The notes: generated by a model from the sequence alone, not told the origin. DNA of 64,000 nucleotides from an uncultured Acidimicrobiaceae bacterium (GCA_964571765.1 CAZNDH010000004.1:44170-108169); one strand, 5' to 3'; positions 1 through 9,655 are shown, numbered from the stretch's first letter. Numbers and translations are program-made.

Positions 1-1
1 C

Positions 2-520
2 CTCACCCAGACCGGGAAGAGCGACCTCCACCCCATCGTCCTCATCGAATCCGAGGGAACCGGGTTCTGGGGGCCACTGATCGAGTTCATCGAGGAGGTG
101 CAAGCGGCCAAGGGGCTCATCTCCTCTGACGACACCTCCCTCTTCCTCCACACCAGCGACGTCGATGCCGCCTGTGACCACATCCGCCACTTCTACTCCA
201 ACTACCACTCGCAGCGCTACTCGTTGGGGCGGCTGGTGCTCAGGCTCCGGATGGCTCCCGATCTGGAGCAGCTGAAGTCACTCACCTCGGAGTTCGCCGA
301 CATCCTGGTCGATGGGGCCATCGAGCCAGCCGAGCCGTCCCCGGCAGAGATCGAGGATGGTGACGCCCTCGACTGCGCCCGCATCTCACTCCACTTCGAC
401 CGACGCCAGTTCGGGAGGCTGCGCCAGTTGATCGATCGGCTCAACGACCTGGCCCACCTCCCCGACACCGTGGAGATCCCCACTCCGATGAGCGAGGAGA
501 TGGCGGAACGACCCTGGTGA
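2..520 (+). CDS. LOG-family (PpnN-like) nucleotide nucleosidase, C-terminal part; 5' end outside the window
   Basis: The frame is open from the window edge (LTQTGKSDLHPIVLIESEGTGFWGPLIEFIEE...). This resembles the end of the LOG/TIGR00730-type fold and is followed by a ~100-aa tail. Family call from motif memory only. Confidence 0.45.
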   Translation, partial: LTQTGKSDLHPIVLIESEGTGFWGPLIEFIEEVQAAKGLISSDDTSLFLHTSDVDAACDHIRHFYSNYHSQRYSLGRLVLRLRMAPDLEQLKSLTSEFADILVDGAIEPAEPSPAEIEDGDALDCARISLHFDRRQFGRLRQLIDRLNDLAHLPDTVEIPTPMSEEMAERPW

Positions 521-572
521 TCACCACCCCTTCCCTTGGGAGTACATCGCCTCCCCGGGCTAGAATTCGAGG

Positions 573-1304
573 GTGCGAGACATCCTCTCCGACCTGGTAG
601 CCGAACAGCAGTTCCTCGATCAGTCGCTGCAGAGAGTGCCCATCAAGGTGTGGGACCTGGTGACACCCAACAAGCCGTGGACGGTGCGCGACACCATCTC
701 GCACCTCGCCGACTTCGAGGAGCTGGGTGCCGATGCCATCAACGGGGGCGAGCGAGTCGAGGAGTGGCAGCAGGCCCCCGACCTCGACGCCATGAAGAGG
801 GTCGCCATCAAGAAGGGCCGTGGAATGCGACCCCAGGACGTCATCGAGTGGTGGCGGGGTGGTCGGGCCAAGGTGGTCGAGCCACTGTCCCACATGAGCA
901 GCAGCGAACGCGTCCAGTGGATCGCCGGAGACATGAGCGCCCGCACCTTTGCCACCTTCCGGTTGATGGAAACCTGGATGCACGGTCTCGACATCTATCA
1001 GACCCTGGGCATCGAGGTCGAGGACACCCCCCGCATCCGTCACGTCTGCTGGCTGGGGTGGAAGACCCTCCCCCACGCCTTCAAGCAGGCAGGTGAGCAC
1101 TACGAACCGGTCCGGGTCGAGGTGATTGGCCCGGGATACGCCAAGTGGGTCTACGGTCCCGAGGACACCGACCAGTTGATCAAGGGCTCGGCATCCGACT
1201 GGGCCCGGCTGGTGGTGCACCGGGTCAAGCCCAGTCAGGTCCGTCTCAAGGTCTCCGGTGAGCACGCCGAAACCGCCATCCGGGTAGCCCGGGCCTATCT
1301 GTGA
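573..1304 (+). CDS. DinB-like, mycothiol-dependent maleylpyruvate-isomerase-family protein (TIGR03084-like as I recall)
   Basis: 243-aa ORF with the N-terminal pattern TPNKPWTVRDTISHLADFEE. The GTG start is preceded by TAGAAT (561-566) plus a 6-nt spacer, which suggests a leaderless mRNA. The stop overlaps the next start (GTGA at 1301-1304). Confidence 0.6.
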   Translation: MRDILSDLVAEQQFLDQSLQRVPIKVWDLVTPNKPWTVRDTISHLADFEELGADAINGGERVEEWQQAPDLDAMKRVAIKKGRGMRPQDVIEWWRGGRAKVVEPLSHMSSSERVQWIAGDMSARTFATFRLMETWMHGLDIYQTLGIEVEDTPRIRHVCWLGWKTLPHAFKQAGEHYEPVRVEVIGPGYAKWVYGPEDTDQLIKGSASDWARLVVHRVKPSQVRLKVSGEHAETAIRVARAYL

Positions 1305-2092
1305 CCACCATCCCCCGCTTGGTGGGGATGGTCCATCTTCTCCCCCTCCCCGGTTCCCCGCGCTTCGGCAGATCGATGGACCAGGTGTTGGCCACTGCGG
1401 TATCCGACGCCACCACCCTTCACCAAGCCGGCTTCCCCGCGCTGGTGGTGGAGAACTATGGCGACGCCCCCTTTCACGGAGGCCGGGTCCCCGCCGAGAC
1501 CGTGTCGGCGATGACCGCGGCCATCAACGCGGTCTCCGAGACGACCGACACCGTCCTCGGGATAAACGTGCTTCGCAACGACGCTCTCTCAGCCCTGGGG
1601 GTGGCGGCGGCCACCGGCGCCTCGTTCATCCGTGTCAATGTGCTCACCGGGACCATGTACACCGACCAGGGCCTCATCACTGGAGCCGCTGCCGAAGTGG
1701 CCCGGACCAGGTCGTTTCTGTGCCCCGAGGTCGAGGTGTGGGGTGATGTCCTGGTGAAACATGCCATCCCTCCCCCGGGCGCCGACCCCGGCCTGATCGC
1801 CGCTGACATGGTCACCCGCGGCCTCGCCGACGCGGTGATCGTCTCTGGCTCGGCCACCGGGGCGGCCACCGACCTGGAGAGGCTGCGAGTCGTGGCCGAG
1901 GCGGTTCCGACCGGGACCAGGGTTGTGATCGGGTCAGGGGCCACTCCTGACAGTCTGCCTTCGCTGATGAAGCATGCCGACACGGTGATCGTGGGATCGT
2001 GGGTCAAGGTTGGTGGATCCGCTCGCAATGACGTCGATCCGGACCGAGCCCGAGCCGTGGTCGAGGCGGCGCGGTCCTTGGGTCTCCTCTGA
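1301..2092 (+). CDS. BtpA/SgcQ family protein
   Basis: 263 aa. The N-terminal GMVHLLPLPGSPRF and ENYGDAPF motifs are typical of the BtpA family. Translationally coupled to the upstream gene. Confidence 0.7.
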   Translation: MTTIPRLVGMVHLLPLPGSPRFGRSMDQVLATAVSDATTLHQAGFPALVVENYGDAPFHGGRVPAETVSAMTAAINAVSETTDTVLGINVLRNDALSALGVAAATGASFIRVNVLTGTMYTDQGLITGAAAEVARTRSFLCPEVEVWGDVLVKHAIPPPGADPGLIAADMVTRGLADAVIVSGSATGAATDLERLRVVAEAVPTGTRVVIGSGATPDSLPSLMKHADTVIVGSWVKVGGSARNDVDPDRARAVVEAARSLGLL

Positions 2093-2121
2093 CCGCACCC
2101 CGGGAGCCCACGCCGCCCACC

Positions 2122-2781
2122 TTGGGGTTCACCGTGATTGGGACCAACGACCCATACATCACACCTCGCAACGTGTCGAGAATCTCGTTACTCAAGCGAG
2201 TCTCTATGCGGGAACTTCCTAAGGACATCTTGATCGAGGTCATGGAGGACGTCATCGAGGACCTCCATGGCCATGTTCACCGGGTCTCGGACCTCGCCGT
2301 CGACCTGGGCACCGGTCTCGACCTCGGCTCCGACGACCTCGACCGGCTGGCGCTGGCAGGAGTCCTCCATGACGTGGGCAAGATCCACCTCGACCCCGGA
2401 ATCCTCGGCAAACCCGGTCCCCTCTCAGACGACGAGTTCGAGCTGATGCGGCGCCACCCCGAGCTGGGATTCGCCATGACCCGCAACCGTCTCGACCCCA
2501 AGGTCGCCGAAGCCATCCTCTACCACCACGAGCGATACGACGGGCGTGGATATCCCTTCGGGCTCTCCGGTGACGCCATTCCGATCCTCAGCCGCATCGT
2601 CCTCGTCGCTGATGCCTTCGACGCCATGACCTCGATCCGCGCCTACCAGCCGGCACTGCCCGTCGCCTTCGCCATCGAGGAGATCAGACGCAATGCCGGC
2701 ACCCAGTTCGACCCGGCGGTGGTGGAGATCTTCATGGATCTGGCCTCGGTCGACCGGCTCCCCGTCGAGCTCATCGCCTGA
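2122..2781 (+). CDS. HD-GYP domain phosphodiesterase-like protein
   Basis: Carries HDVGK and HHERYDGRGYP motifs. The start is uncertain: TTG 2122, GTG 2134 or ATG 2206. Confidence 0.75.
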   Translation: MGFTVIGTNDPYITPRNVSRISLLKRVSMRELPKDILIEVMEDVIEDLHGHVHRVSDLAVDLGTGLDLGSDDLDRLALAGVLHDVGKIHLDPGILGKPGPLSDDEFELMRRHPELGFAMTRNRLDPKVAEAILYHHERYDGRGYPFGLSGDAIPILSRIVLVADAFDAMTSIRAYQPALPVAFAIEEIRRNAGTQFDPAVVEIFMDLASVDRLPVELIA

Positions 2782-2813
2782 TCGTCTCACCGGGGGTCGC
2801 CGCCGGGTGGTGT

Positions 2814-4010
2814 TCACGGTGGTCGTGGTGGCGGTGAGCCCGGTCGCCCTCCGGCCCCCCGGCCAGCCAACCGGTTGACATCTGACTCGTCGCCCCATGG
2901 CCCGCCCCGGATCGGCTCCCGTCTGACGACTCTCGACTCATTGTCGGTCACTCGAGGCTCGTAATGGTTGAAGAACACCCTGCCCGACAGCTCTCTCCGG
3001 CTCCGAACCCCCACTTTCTCGAAGATAGCCTTCAGGTGTTGTTGCACCGTGTGCTTCGAGACGAACAACACCGATGCGATCTCCGCTGTGGAGTCACCCC
3101 TGAGGACCCTTCGGGTGACATCTTGTTCACGAGGGGTGAGTCCGTACGCCGACATGAGCAGAGGTGCCAAGCGAGCCGGTGCTGCCGGTTCGATAATGAC
3201 TCCGATCCTCCGGTCCTGCGTCCCCGACAGTGAAACCCCATGGAGCACGACCCAAGGACCTCCAAGGGTTCTTACTCTCACCATGGCGACCGACCCGGCT
3301 GGAGAAATGGCTACCGATCGAGCCGCAACCGATAGCACGGCGGGAGGTAGGGACCCGTGCTCACTCCACCCACCCGGGAGATCCGACAGCCACCGGTCGG
3401 CTGCGGGGCTCATGGACTCGATCTGCCAATCGGGATCCAAGACGACCATCGCCGGGGAATTCGGTGTCTCGGCATCGGTGGCCTCGCCCACGAGGAGCCC
3501 CCGACGGATGCCGTCGGCGAGACCCGGCGAAACCGAATTGAGGAACCTCAGCTCTTCTCGATCGAAATCCCGAGAGCCAGAATCCCGGACCAGGCCGAGC
3601 GTTCCCCAATTCTGCCCTTTGGGCGAGCGCAGGGCGACCACGGCTTCGTGTTCGATGCCAATCGGTTCCATCCATATCCGATAGGCGGAGCTTCGCCTCA
3701 GGTGACCATCCGTCGCCTGCCGCAGCGTCTGCACCCCCACCGGATTCCTGGCCACGTCGAGGGCCCGATTGAAGTCGTCCTCGAAGTACTCGAAGCGCAG
3801 TATGTCTTCGATCGAGACTTCACACCCCTGCCCGTAGGAGCTCGTGATCAACAGGGAGGCGGGGTCCAGCGTGTACCACGATCGACCGAGGTTCGGAATC
3901 GCCCGATCGATCGCCTCCCCGGCGTTGTCAAGGAACGTCGCTACGTCGTAGCCCCTCGCTGCAAGCTCAGCCACGCGGTCAGTGACGGGCTCCGCCGCCT
4001 GCACGACCAT
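2814..4010 (-). CDS. LuxR-family transcriptional regulator with a large N-terminal sensor-like region
   Basis: C-terminal HTH LTPREQDVTRRVLRGDSTAEIASVLFVSKHTVQQHLKAIFEKVG. The ORF extends to 4178. I chose ATG 4010 because TAGGAT (4018-4023, minus strand) sits 7 nt upstream, the leaderless pattern. Confidence 0.65.
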   Translation of the reverse strand: MVVQAAEPVTDRVAELAARGYDVATFLDNAGEAIDRAIPNLGRSWYTLDPASLLITSSYGQGCEVSIEDILRFEYFEDDFNRALDVARNPVGVQTLRQATDGHLRRSSAYRIWMEPIGIEHEAVVALRSPKGQNWGTLGLVRDSGSRDFDREELRFLNSVSPGLADGIRRGLLVGEATDAETPNSPAMVVLDPDWQIESMSPAADRWLSDLPGGWSEHGSLPPAVLSVAARSVAISPAGSVAMVRVRTLGGPWVVLHGVSLSGTQDRRIGVIIEPAAPARLAPLLMSAYGLTPREQDVTRRVLRGDSTAEIASVLFVSKHTVQQHLKAIFEKVGVRSRRELSGRVFFNHYEPRVTDNESRVVRREPIRGGPWGDESDVNRLAGRGAGGRPGSPPPRPP

Positions 4011-4017
4011 GGCCGGG

Positions 4018-4023
4018 ATCCTA
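4018..4023 (-). promoter_or_regulatory. candidate -10 hexamer (TAGGAT) for the leaderless LuxR-family gene
   Basis: A TANNNT hexamer lies 7 nt upstream of ATG 4010 on the minus strand. Confidence 0.35.
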
Positions 4024-4225
4024 CCCGCGCGCTGTCCTGGTCGCCCCGAATGCCACAAACCTGGAATGGACGAATCCCCGCATATCCCCGAGATTGTCCG
4101 GTGACGGCTTCCGGGTCGAGGAGAGGAGTGGCGATGATGATGATGATCGAGCCCATCCAGGGAAACGCCGGCGCTCACACCGAGCTCGGACGTCCGGACC
4201 GCTATGGAGAGGGTGCGGTTCGATC

Positions 4226-4681
4226 ATGAGTGTTTGGAAGTTCCTTCACATCAGTGCCATGTTCGGGGCTGCTGCGGTTGTCATCGGCCAGGAGATCCTC
4301 GTCCACCTGATCCGCCGCCCGGGCACCCAGGCAGCCGTTCGGCTCCTGCCCGAATGGGACCGCTTTGCCAACCTGGTGGCCGCCCCCCTGTTCTTTGGAG
4401 GCGTCGGGTTGGGGTTCGTCACCGCGATCACCTCCGGGTTCCGCCTCACTGCGCCATGGTTGGTCACCGCCTATGTCCTCGTGGCGGCAATGATCCTCAA
4501 CGCCGTCTTCATGTGGGACCCGTTGATCCGCCGCCTCAAGTCGGCCGTTGCCGAGGGTGACGCCCACTCCTCCGCAGCTCGAGGCATCCTCCACTCGCCA
4601 CGCCTCAAGATCTCGGCGGTGGTGGACGCACTGCTCTGGGTGGCGATCATCTTCACCATGGTGCTCAAGCCCTTCACCTAG
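4226..4681 (+). CDS. hypothetical integral membrane protein (about 4 TM, DUF2269-like)
   Basis: MSVWKFLHISAMFGAAAVVIGQ... with four hydrophobic segments. The longer ORF from 4094 is Arg/Asp-rich and overlaps the LuxR-gene upstream region, so I used the internal ATG. Confidence 0.5.
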   Translation: MSVWKFLHISAMFGAAAVVIGQEILVHLIRRPGTQAAVRLLPEWDRFANLVAAPLFFGGVGLGFVTAITSGFRLTAPWLVTAYVLVAAMILNAVFMWDPLIRRLKSAVAEGDAHSSAARGILHSPRLKISAVVDALLWVAIIFTMVLKPFT

Positions 4682-4710
4682 TGGCGCCCTCACTACCGGG
4701 TCTCGGGATC

Positions 4711-6576
4711 CTACTTCGCGGTCTCCAGGATCTCGTAGACAGTGTTGCGTAGCGCGGGAATGCGGCCTGCGGCCATGATGACCTCGCGGAACTCGGCCGG
4801 GGCGACTTCCTGACCGTGGGCGGCGCCTGCAGACCGGGTGATTATCTCGCCCATCAGGGTCCCACCCAGGTCGTTGCATCCGGCGTCGAGGAGACGACGG
4901 CCACCATCGAGGCCCAGCTTGACCCAGGATGCCTGGATGTTGTCGATCACCCCGTCGAAGGCGATCCGGGACACCGCGTGGACCAGGACCACCTCGTCCC
5001 AGGTCGGCCCGGGTCGGGAGCGTCCCCTGAGGAAGATCGGCGAGCCCATGTGGACGAAAGGCAGGGGCACCATCTCGGTGAAGCCGCCGGTCCGTCTCTG
5101 GATGTCGCGAATCACCTCGAGGTGATTGGCCCAGGCCCGCGGATAGTCGATGTGACCGAACATGATGGTCGCTGTCGCCCGAAGCCCGAGACGGTGAGCG
5201 GTCATCATCACCTCGGCCCATTGCGAGGTTCGGATCTTGTCGGGGCAGAGATGCTGGCGAACCCGGTCATCGAGGATCTCGGCGGCGGTGCCGGGAAGTG
5301 AGCCCAGGCCGGCGTCACGCAGTTCGGTGAGGAACTGCTCTACACCGATCCCCAGCGTCTCCGCCCCCTGCCACACCTCCAGCGGAGTGAATCCGTGGAT
5401 GTGCATCGCCGGCAGCTCGGCCTTGATCGCATGGACCACCTCCATGTAGAAGTTGCCGGTGAAGTCGGGGTGGATCCCCCCCTGGAGGGTGACCTCGGTG
5501 GCTCCCCGGTCCCAGGCCTCGCGGGCATTGCCCACGATCTCGTCGATCCCCATCAGGTAGGGGTCTCCGCGCAGGTTGAGCGATTTGGGACCCTTGGAGA
5601 ACGCACAGAACCCGCACTTGAAGTAGCAGAGGTTGGTGTAGTTGATGTTGCGGTTGACCACGTAGGTGACGGTGTCCCCCACCGCCCGCCTCCTCAGCTC
5701 GTCGGCGGCATAGGCCACCGCATCGACCTGGTCTCCCCGCGCCGAGAACAAGGCGGCAATCTCATCGACTCCGGGCGGCGTCCTCTCCAGCGATCTCTCC
5801 AACACAGGGCGCAGGTCACCGGCTCCGGCCAGCCCTTCCGGGGCCGATCCCCCTACCCACAGGGCATCAGGCCACTCGGCCGACAACCTTCCCACCGGCA
5901 CCGGGGGCTCCAGGTCTCTTCCCGGGGCCCAATCGTGGCGGGGCCTCACCACTCCCGAGCCGTCGACCAGGCCGAGCCAGGTGGTGAACACCGGCGTCGG
6001 GAGCACGGCCCGCGCCTCGTCGATGTCCACGTCGGGGGGAAACAGGGTGCGCTCGACGAGATGCACCTGGGGCAGCGACTCACGCAGCTCACCGATGCGC
6101 TCGATGCTCCAGTCCCGGAGCAACAGGTCGGTCGCGCCCTCCTCGATGGCGGTCACCGCCTGCTCCAGGTCGTCGACGAACACCGAGACCCTGGCCTCGA
6201 TACCGGGCAGCCCGACCAGATGGCAGGCGAAGGCCACCTCGGAGCGAGCCACCCGCACGTGGCGAGCACCACTCCTCGCCAGGGCGTCGAGCAGCTGCTC
6301 GCGCTTTCCTGTCCCGCGCACCGTGACCCGCCAGGGGCTGACGCCCCTCTTCCCCAGGCGGAGGGCCCCGGCGGGGGTGACCACCCAGCCTGCGGGCTCG
6401 GCACCGTCGGAGATGGCGGTCGCCGCCACCAGGACACCCCCGGCGGCGGCCGCGTCCAGGTCTGAGGTGGTCGGCGTGTCGATCTCGATGACTGTGGTGC
6501 CCTCCCTGCGTCGGCTGACCGCGGTCGCCTCGGCCAACGACTCGGCAGGCCGGGAGCGGAGGAAGGTGACTCTCAT
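4711..6576 (-). CDS. cofH: FO synthase subunit 2 (CofH, radical SAM) with a ~250-aa N-terminal extension
   Basis: VTYVVNRNINYTNLCYFKCGFCAF radical-SAM motif at aa ~303-326 and a conserved CofH-like C-terminal half. ATGA overlap with cofG at 6573-6576. Confidence 0.8.
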   Translation of the reverse strand: MRVTFLRSRPAESLAEATAVSRRREGTTVIEIDTPTTSDLDAAAAGGVLVAATAISDGAEPAGWVVTPAGALRLGKRGVSPWRVTVRGTGKREQLLDALARSGARHVRVARSEVAFACHLVGLPGIEARVSVFVDDLEQAVTAIEEGATDLLLRDWSIERIGELRESLPQVHLVERTLFPPDVDIDEARAVLPTPVFTTWLGLVDGSGVVRPRHDWAPGRDLEPPVPVGRLSAEWPDALWVGGSAPEGLAGAGDLRPVLERSLERTPPGVDEIAALFSARGDQVDAVAYAADELRRRAVGDTVTYVVNRNINYTNLCYFKCGFCAFSKGPKSLNLRGDPYLMGIDEIVGNAREAWDRGATEVTLQGGIHPDFTGNFYMEVVHAIKAELPAMHIHGFTPLEVWQGAETLGIGVEQFLTELRDAGLGSLPGTAAEILDDRVRQHLCPDKIRTSQWAEVMMTAHRLGLRATATIMFGHIDYPRAWANHLEVIRDIQRRTGGFTEMVPLPFVHMGSPIFLRGRSRPGPTWDEVVLVHAVSRIAFDGVIDNIQASWVKLGLDGGRRLLDAGCNDLGGTLMGEIITRSAGAAHGQEVAPAEFREVIMAAGRIPALRNTVYEILETAK

Positions 6577-7718
6577 GACCCCATTGTGGTACCGATCGCA
6601 GCCAGGCCGTGCTCATCGGTTGCGGCGAGCACGTCGGGCAGGAGACCAGGGTCGATCCACTCGTCATCGATGTAGCCGGGGTACACCGGAAGCCTGGGCC
6701 TCAAGTCGAACCCGGCGTGGGCTGAGCGTCTCTCCAGCTCCTCGAGGTGGGGCCATGGCGCCTCGGGGTTGACCCAATCGATGGTGAGCGGCGAAACACC
6801 CCCCCAGTCGTTGATCCCCGCCTCCAGGTAGATCTCGTATGCCTCGGTGAGGTTGGGAGGCACCTGGATGCTGGTACCGGGGCCCATGATCCACCTCGCC
6901 AGAGCGACGACACGGGCGAACCAGCGGGGCACCGGCTCGGCCGAGCGCCGCATCGGGGTGTCCGCCTTGGCCCGGAAGTTCTGCACGATCACCTCCTGGA
7001 CCGCTCCGGTGCGGTGGGCCAGGTCGGCCAGGGCGAACAGCGAGTCGACCACCTCCTCGGGGGTCTCCCCGATGCCTACCAGGATGCCGGTGGTGAACGG
7101 AACCCGGTTGCGTCCCGCCGCCTCGATGGTGGCCACCCGTAGCTCGGGACGCTTGGTCTCGGAGCGGTGATGGGGCATCCCCGGCGCGAGAAGTCGGGAC
7201 GAGATGTTCTCCAGCATCATGCCCATCGACACATTGGTTGGGCGGAGCAGGGTCATGGCGGCGTCGTCGAGAAGGCCCGGGTTGGCATGGGGGAAGAGAC
7301 CGGTCTCCTCCCTGACCAGGGCCGACATCTCGGCGACGTACTCGATGGTGGAGCCGATACCTCGTCCTGCGAGGAACTCGCGTGCCTGGGGCCATCGCTC
7401 CTCCGGGGTGTCACCCAAGGTGAACAGGGCCTCGGTGCACCCGGCGGCGTCACCGGCCCGGGCCACCGCCAGCACCTCCTCAGGTCGGAGATATGTGCCC
7501 CCCGCCCCGGGCGGCTTGGCGAAGGTGCAGTAGCTGCACCGGTCCTTGCACAGGGTGGTCAGGGGGATGAACACCTTCCGGCTGTAGGTGACGGTCCGAC
7601 CCCATCCGGCGTCACGAAGCGCACCCGCATGGTCCAACAGAGGACGGTCCGGGGTGGCCCCGGTCAGGTAGTCGAGGGCAAGATCACGGTCGGGGGAAGG
7701 GTGCCCGGCGTTGGTCAC
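6573..7718 (-). CDS. cofG: FO synthase subunit 1 (CofG, radical SAM)
   Basis: VTYSRKVFIPLTTLCKDRCSYCTF motif; 381 aa. The gene order cofG then cofH matches the domain order of fused FbiC. Confidence 0.85.
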   Translation of the reverse strand: MTNAGHPSPDRDLALDYLTGATPDRPLLDHAGALRDAGWGRTVTYSRKVFIPLTTLCKDRCSYCTFAKPPGAGGTYLRPEEVLAVARAGDAAGCTEALFTLGDTPEERWPQAREFLAGRGIGSTIEYVAEMSALVREETGLFPHANPGLLDDAAMTLLRPTNVSMGMMLENISSRLLAPGMPHHRSETKRPELRVATIEAAGRNRVPFTTGILVGIGETPEEVVDSLFALADLAHRTGAVQEVIVQNFRAKADTPMRRSAEPVPRWFARVVALARWIMGPGTSIQVPPNLTEAYEIYLEAGINDWGGVSPLTIDWVNPEAPWPHLEELERRSAHAGFDLRPRLPVYPGYIDDEWIDPGLLPDVLAATDEHGLAAIGTTMGS

Positions 7719-8491
7719 GAGATTCCCGACGAGCCCGCCCCGACCACTCCCCCGTCGACGGGGACGACGACTCCGGTCATCCAGTCGGAGGCGTCGGAGG
7801 CGAGATACACGATCATCCGGGCGACGTCTTCGGGCTCACCGACCCGTCCCAAGGGATGCATCCGTGCCGTGGCCGCCTCGTCGGTGAGCAACGACCCGGC
7901 CAACCGGGTGCGCACCACCGCCGGAGCCACCGCGTTCACCCGCACTTTGGGGGCTAGTTCGAGGGCGAGCTGCCGGGTGAGGTGGATGAGACCCGCCTTG
8001 GAGACGTTGTAGGCGCCCATGAGGGCGCTGGGACGGAGACCAGCCACCGAGGCCACGTTGACCACCGCCCCTCCATGCTCACCCATCCAGGCGTGATGGG
8101 CGGCCCGTACCCAGAGGAGGGGGGCCCTCAGGTTCACCGCCCAGGTCTTGTCCAACGCACCGAGGTCGACCTCCATCAGATTTCCTGCCGCCGGATTGGT
8201 CCCGGCATTGTTGATCAGGATGTCGAGCGAGCCGAACCGCTCCACCGTAGCCCGGGAAGTGTCGTCGGCCGAGTCCTCGGAGTCGGCCCGGGCCGGCAAG
8301 GCCAGCAGCCGTCCCCCTTCGACCCCGGCGTCGATCAGCTGCGACCGGGCCCGTTCGATGTTCTCCGGCTTGCGCGAGCAGATGGTGATCCCGGCGGCGC
8401 CACTGCGGGCCAGCTCGAGGGCGGTGGCCTGGCCGATCCCACGGCTGGCGCCGGTGACCACTGCGACCCTGCCTTCCACCGAGATTTCCAT
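7715..8491 (-). CDS. SDR-family oxidoreductase
   Basis: VAVVTGASRGIGQA glycine motif, NNAG, and the YNVSK catalytic motif. The stop overlaps the cofG start. Confidence 0.85.
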   Translation of the reverse strand: MEISVEGRVAVVTGASRGIGQATALELARSGAAGITICSRKPENIERARSQLIDAGVEGGRLLALPARADSEDSADDTSRATVERFGSLDILINNAGTNPAAGNLMEVDLGALDKTWAVNLRAPLLWVRAAHHAWMGEHGGAVVNVASVAGLRPSALMGAYNVSKAGLIHLTRQLALELAPKVRVNAVAPAVVRTRLAGSLLTDEAATARMHPLGRVGEPEDVARMIVYLASDASDWMTGVVVPVDGGVVGAGSSGIS

Positions 8492-8511
8492 GAGTGGAGG
8501 GACGGTAGCGG

Positions 8512-9009
8512 TCAGTGACCGCCCCGCTTCACCCCGCCGTACTTCATCCGGGTATCGGACAGGGCGGCGGCGCGGGTGTCGTCGTCGCTGATCCCGGCGG
8601 TCACCACCTCCCCGATGAACAGGGTGTGGGTGCCCAGGTCGTGTGATTCCCTCACTTCACACTCCATCCAGGCGATCGCCTCCTCGAAGATCGGCACCCC
8701 GGTGTCACCCTGGCGGACCGGGCGCCCGTTGAGCATGGAGCCGTTCCGCTCGGCCGGCTTGGAGAACTTGACGAATACCCGGGTGTCTTCGGAGGACCAC
8801 AGGTTGACTGAAAAGGATCCGCCCTCGCTGATGAGACGATGGGTCACCGCGCTGTTGTCGATCCCCACGCCGACCAGCACCGGATCCATGCTGAGCTGGG
8901 TCACCCAACTGGCGGTCATCCCGTTCCACTCCTCGCCGTGGGCCGAGCCGATCAGCACCAGGGCGTTGGGGATCTTCCAGGTGACCTTGTTGAGCAGCTC
9001 GCTGTCCAC
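8512..9009 (-). CDS. flavin reductase-like domain protein
   Basis: 165 aa with the pattern LIGSAHGEEWNGMTASWVTQLSMDPVLVGVGI. The GTG start is preceded by GGAGGG plus a 5-nt spacer. Confidence 0.75.
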   Translation of the reverse strand: MDSELLNKVTWKIPNALVLIGSAHGEEWNGMTASWVTQLSMDPVLVGVGIDNSAVTHRLISEGGSFSVNLWSSEDTRVFVKFSKPAERNGSMLNGRPVRQGDTGVPIFEEAIAWMECEVRESHDLGTHTLFIGEVVTAGISDDDTRAAALSDTRMKYGGVKRGGH

Positions 9010-9041
9010 CGCTTCCCTCCGCAGAGACGACTCGGTGACCC

Positions 9042-9047
9042 TAATCT
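9042..9047 (+). promoter_or_regulatory. candidate -10 hexamer (TAATCT) for the leaderless USP gene
   Basis: A TANNNT hexamer lies 6 nt upstream of GTG 9054. Confidence 0.35.
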
Positions 9048-9053
9048 CGCTCT

Positions 9054-9563
9054 GTGCGCATCCTGGTCGCCACCACCGGCGTGCTTCCCGCGGGCCCGGT
9101 CGCCGAGTTCTGCAAGATGCTCATAGGGGAGAACCCCGAGGTCACGGTGATGACCGTGGTCCGGGTTCCCCGTTCCTTCCTCGAGTCTCTCGACGACAAC
9201 GTCCGGCGGTCGTTCCTCGACGACTCCGACGCCGACGCCGCCTCGGCCGAGGAGAAGGCGGCCCGCTATCTGGAGGAGCGAGGCCGGCGAGCGGTCGACC
9301 CGATCTGTGCCGCCCTGGCCGCGGTCGACATCCAGTCGGATGTGCGTTTCGTGGAAGGCGACGACCCGGCGGAGGCCATCATCAAGACCGCAGAGGCAGT
9401 GGGGGCGGAGATGGTCATCCTCGGGGCAACACGGAGGCTGTTCACCGAAGAGGCGTGGAAGAGCGTCTCGGCCCGGGTGATGGTCAATTCCCACCTCCCT
9501 GTCCTTCTCGTGCCCGGCACCCGCATCGAAGACACCCACGAGATGCCCATCCTGGAATTGTGA
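9054..9563 (+). CDS. universal stress protein family
   Basis: MRILVATTG... start and a C-terminal VILGATRR...VMVNSHLPVLLV pattern typical of the Usp fold. Confidence 0.7.
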   Translation: MRILVATTGVLPAGPVAEFCKMLIGENPEVTVMTVVRVPRSFLESLDDNVRRSFLDDSDADAASAEEKAARYLEERGRRAVDPICAALAAVDIQSDVRFVEGDDPAEAIIKTAEAVGAEMVILGATRRLFTEEAWKSVSARVMVNSHLPVLLVPGTRIEDTHEMPILEL

Positions 9564-9634
9564 GGCCCGGGTCGCGGTACCGAGTGAAGGCTGGAGGCAG
9601 TTCCCGGGGCGACCGGCGCATCCCCGCCGGCCGT

Positions 9635-9655
9635 CACGGCAGGATCGATGCCGTG
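9635..9655. terminator. hairpin between convergent genes (CACGGCA-N7-TGCCGTG)
   Basis: A 7-bp perfect stem lies between the USP stop (9563) and the response-regulator stop (9661). There is no clear U tract. Confidence 0.3.
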
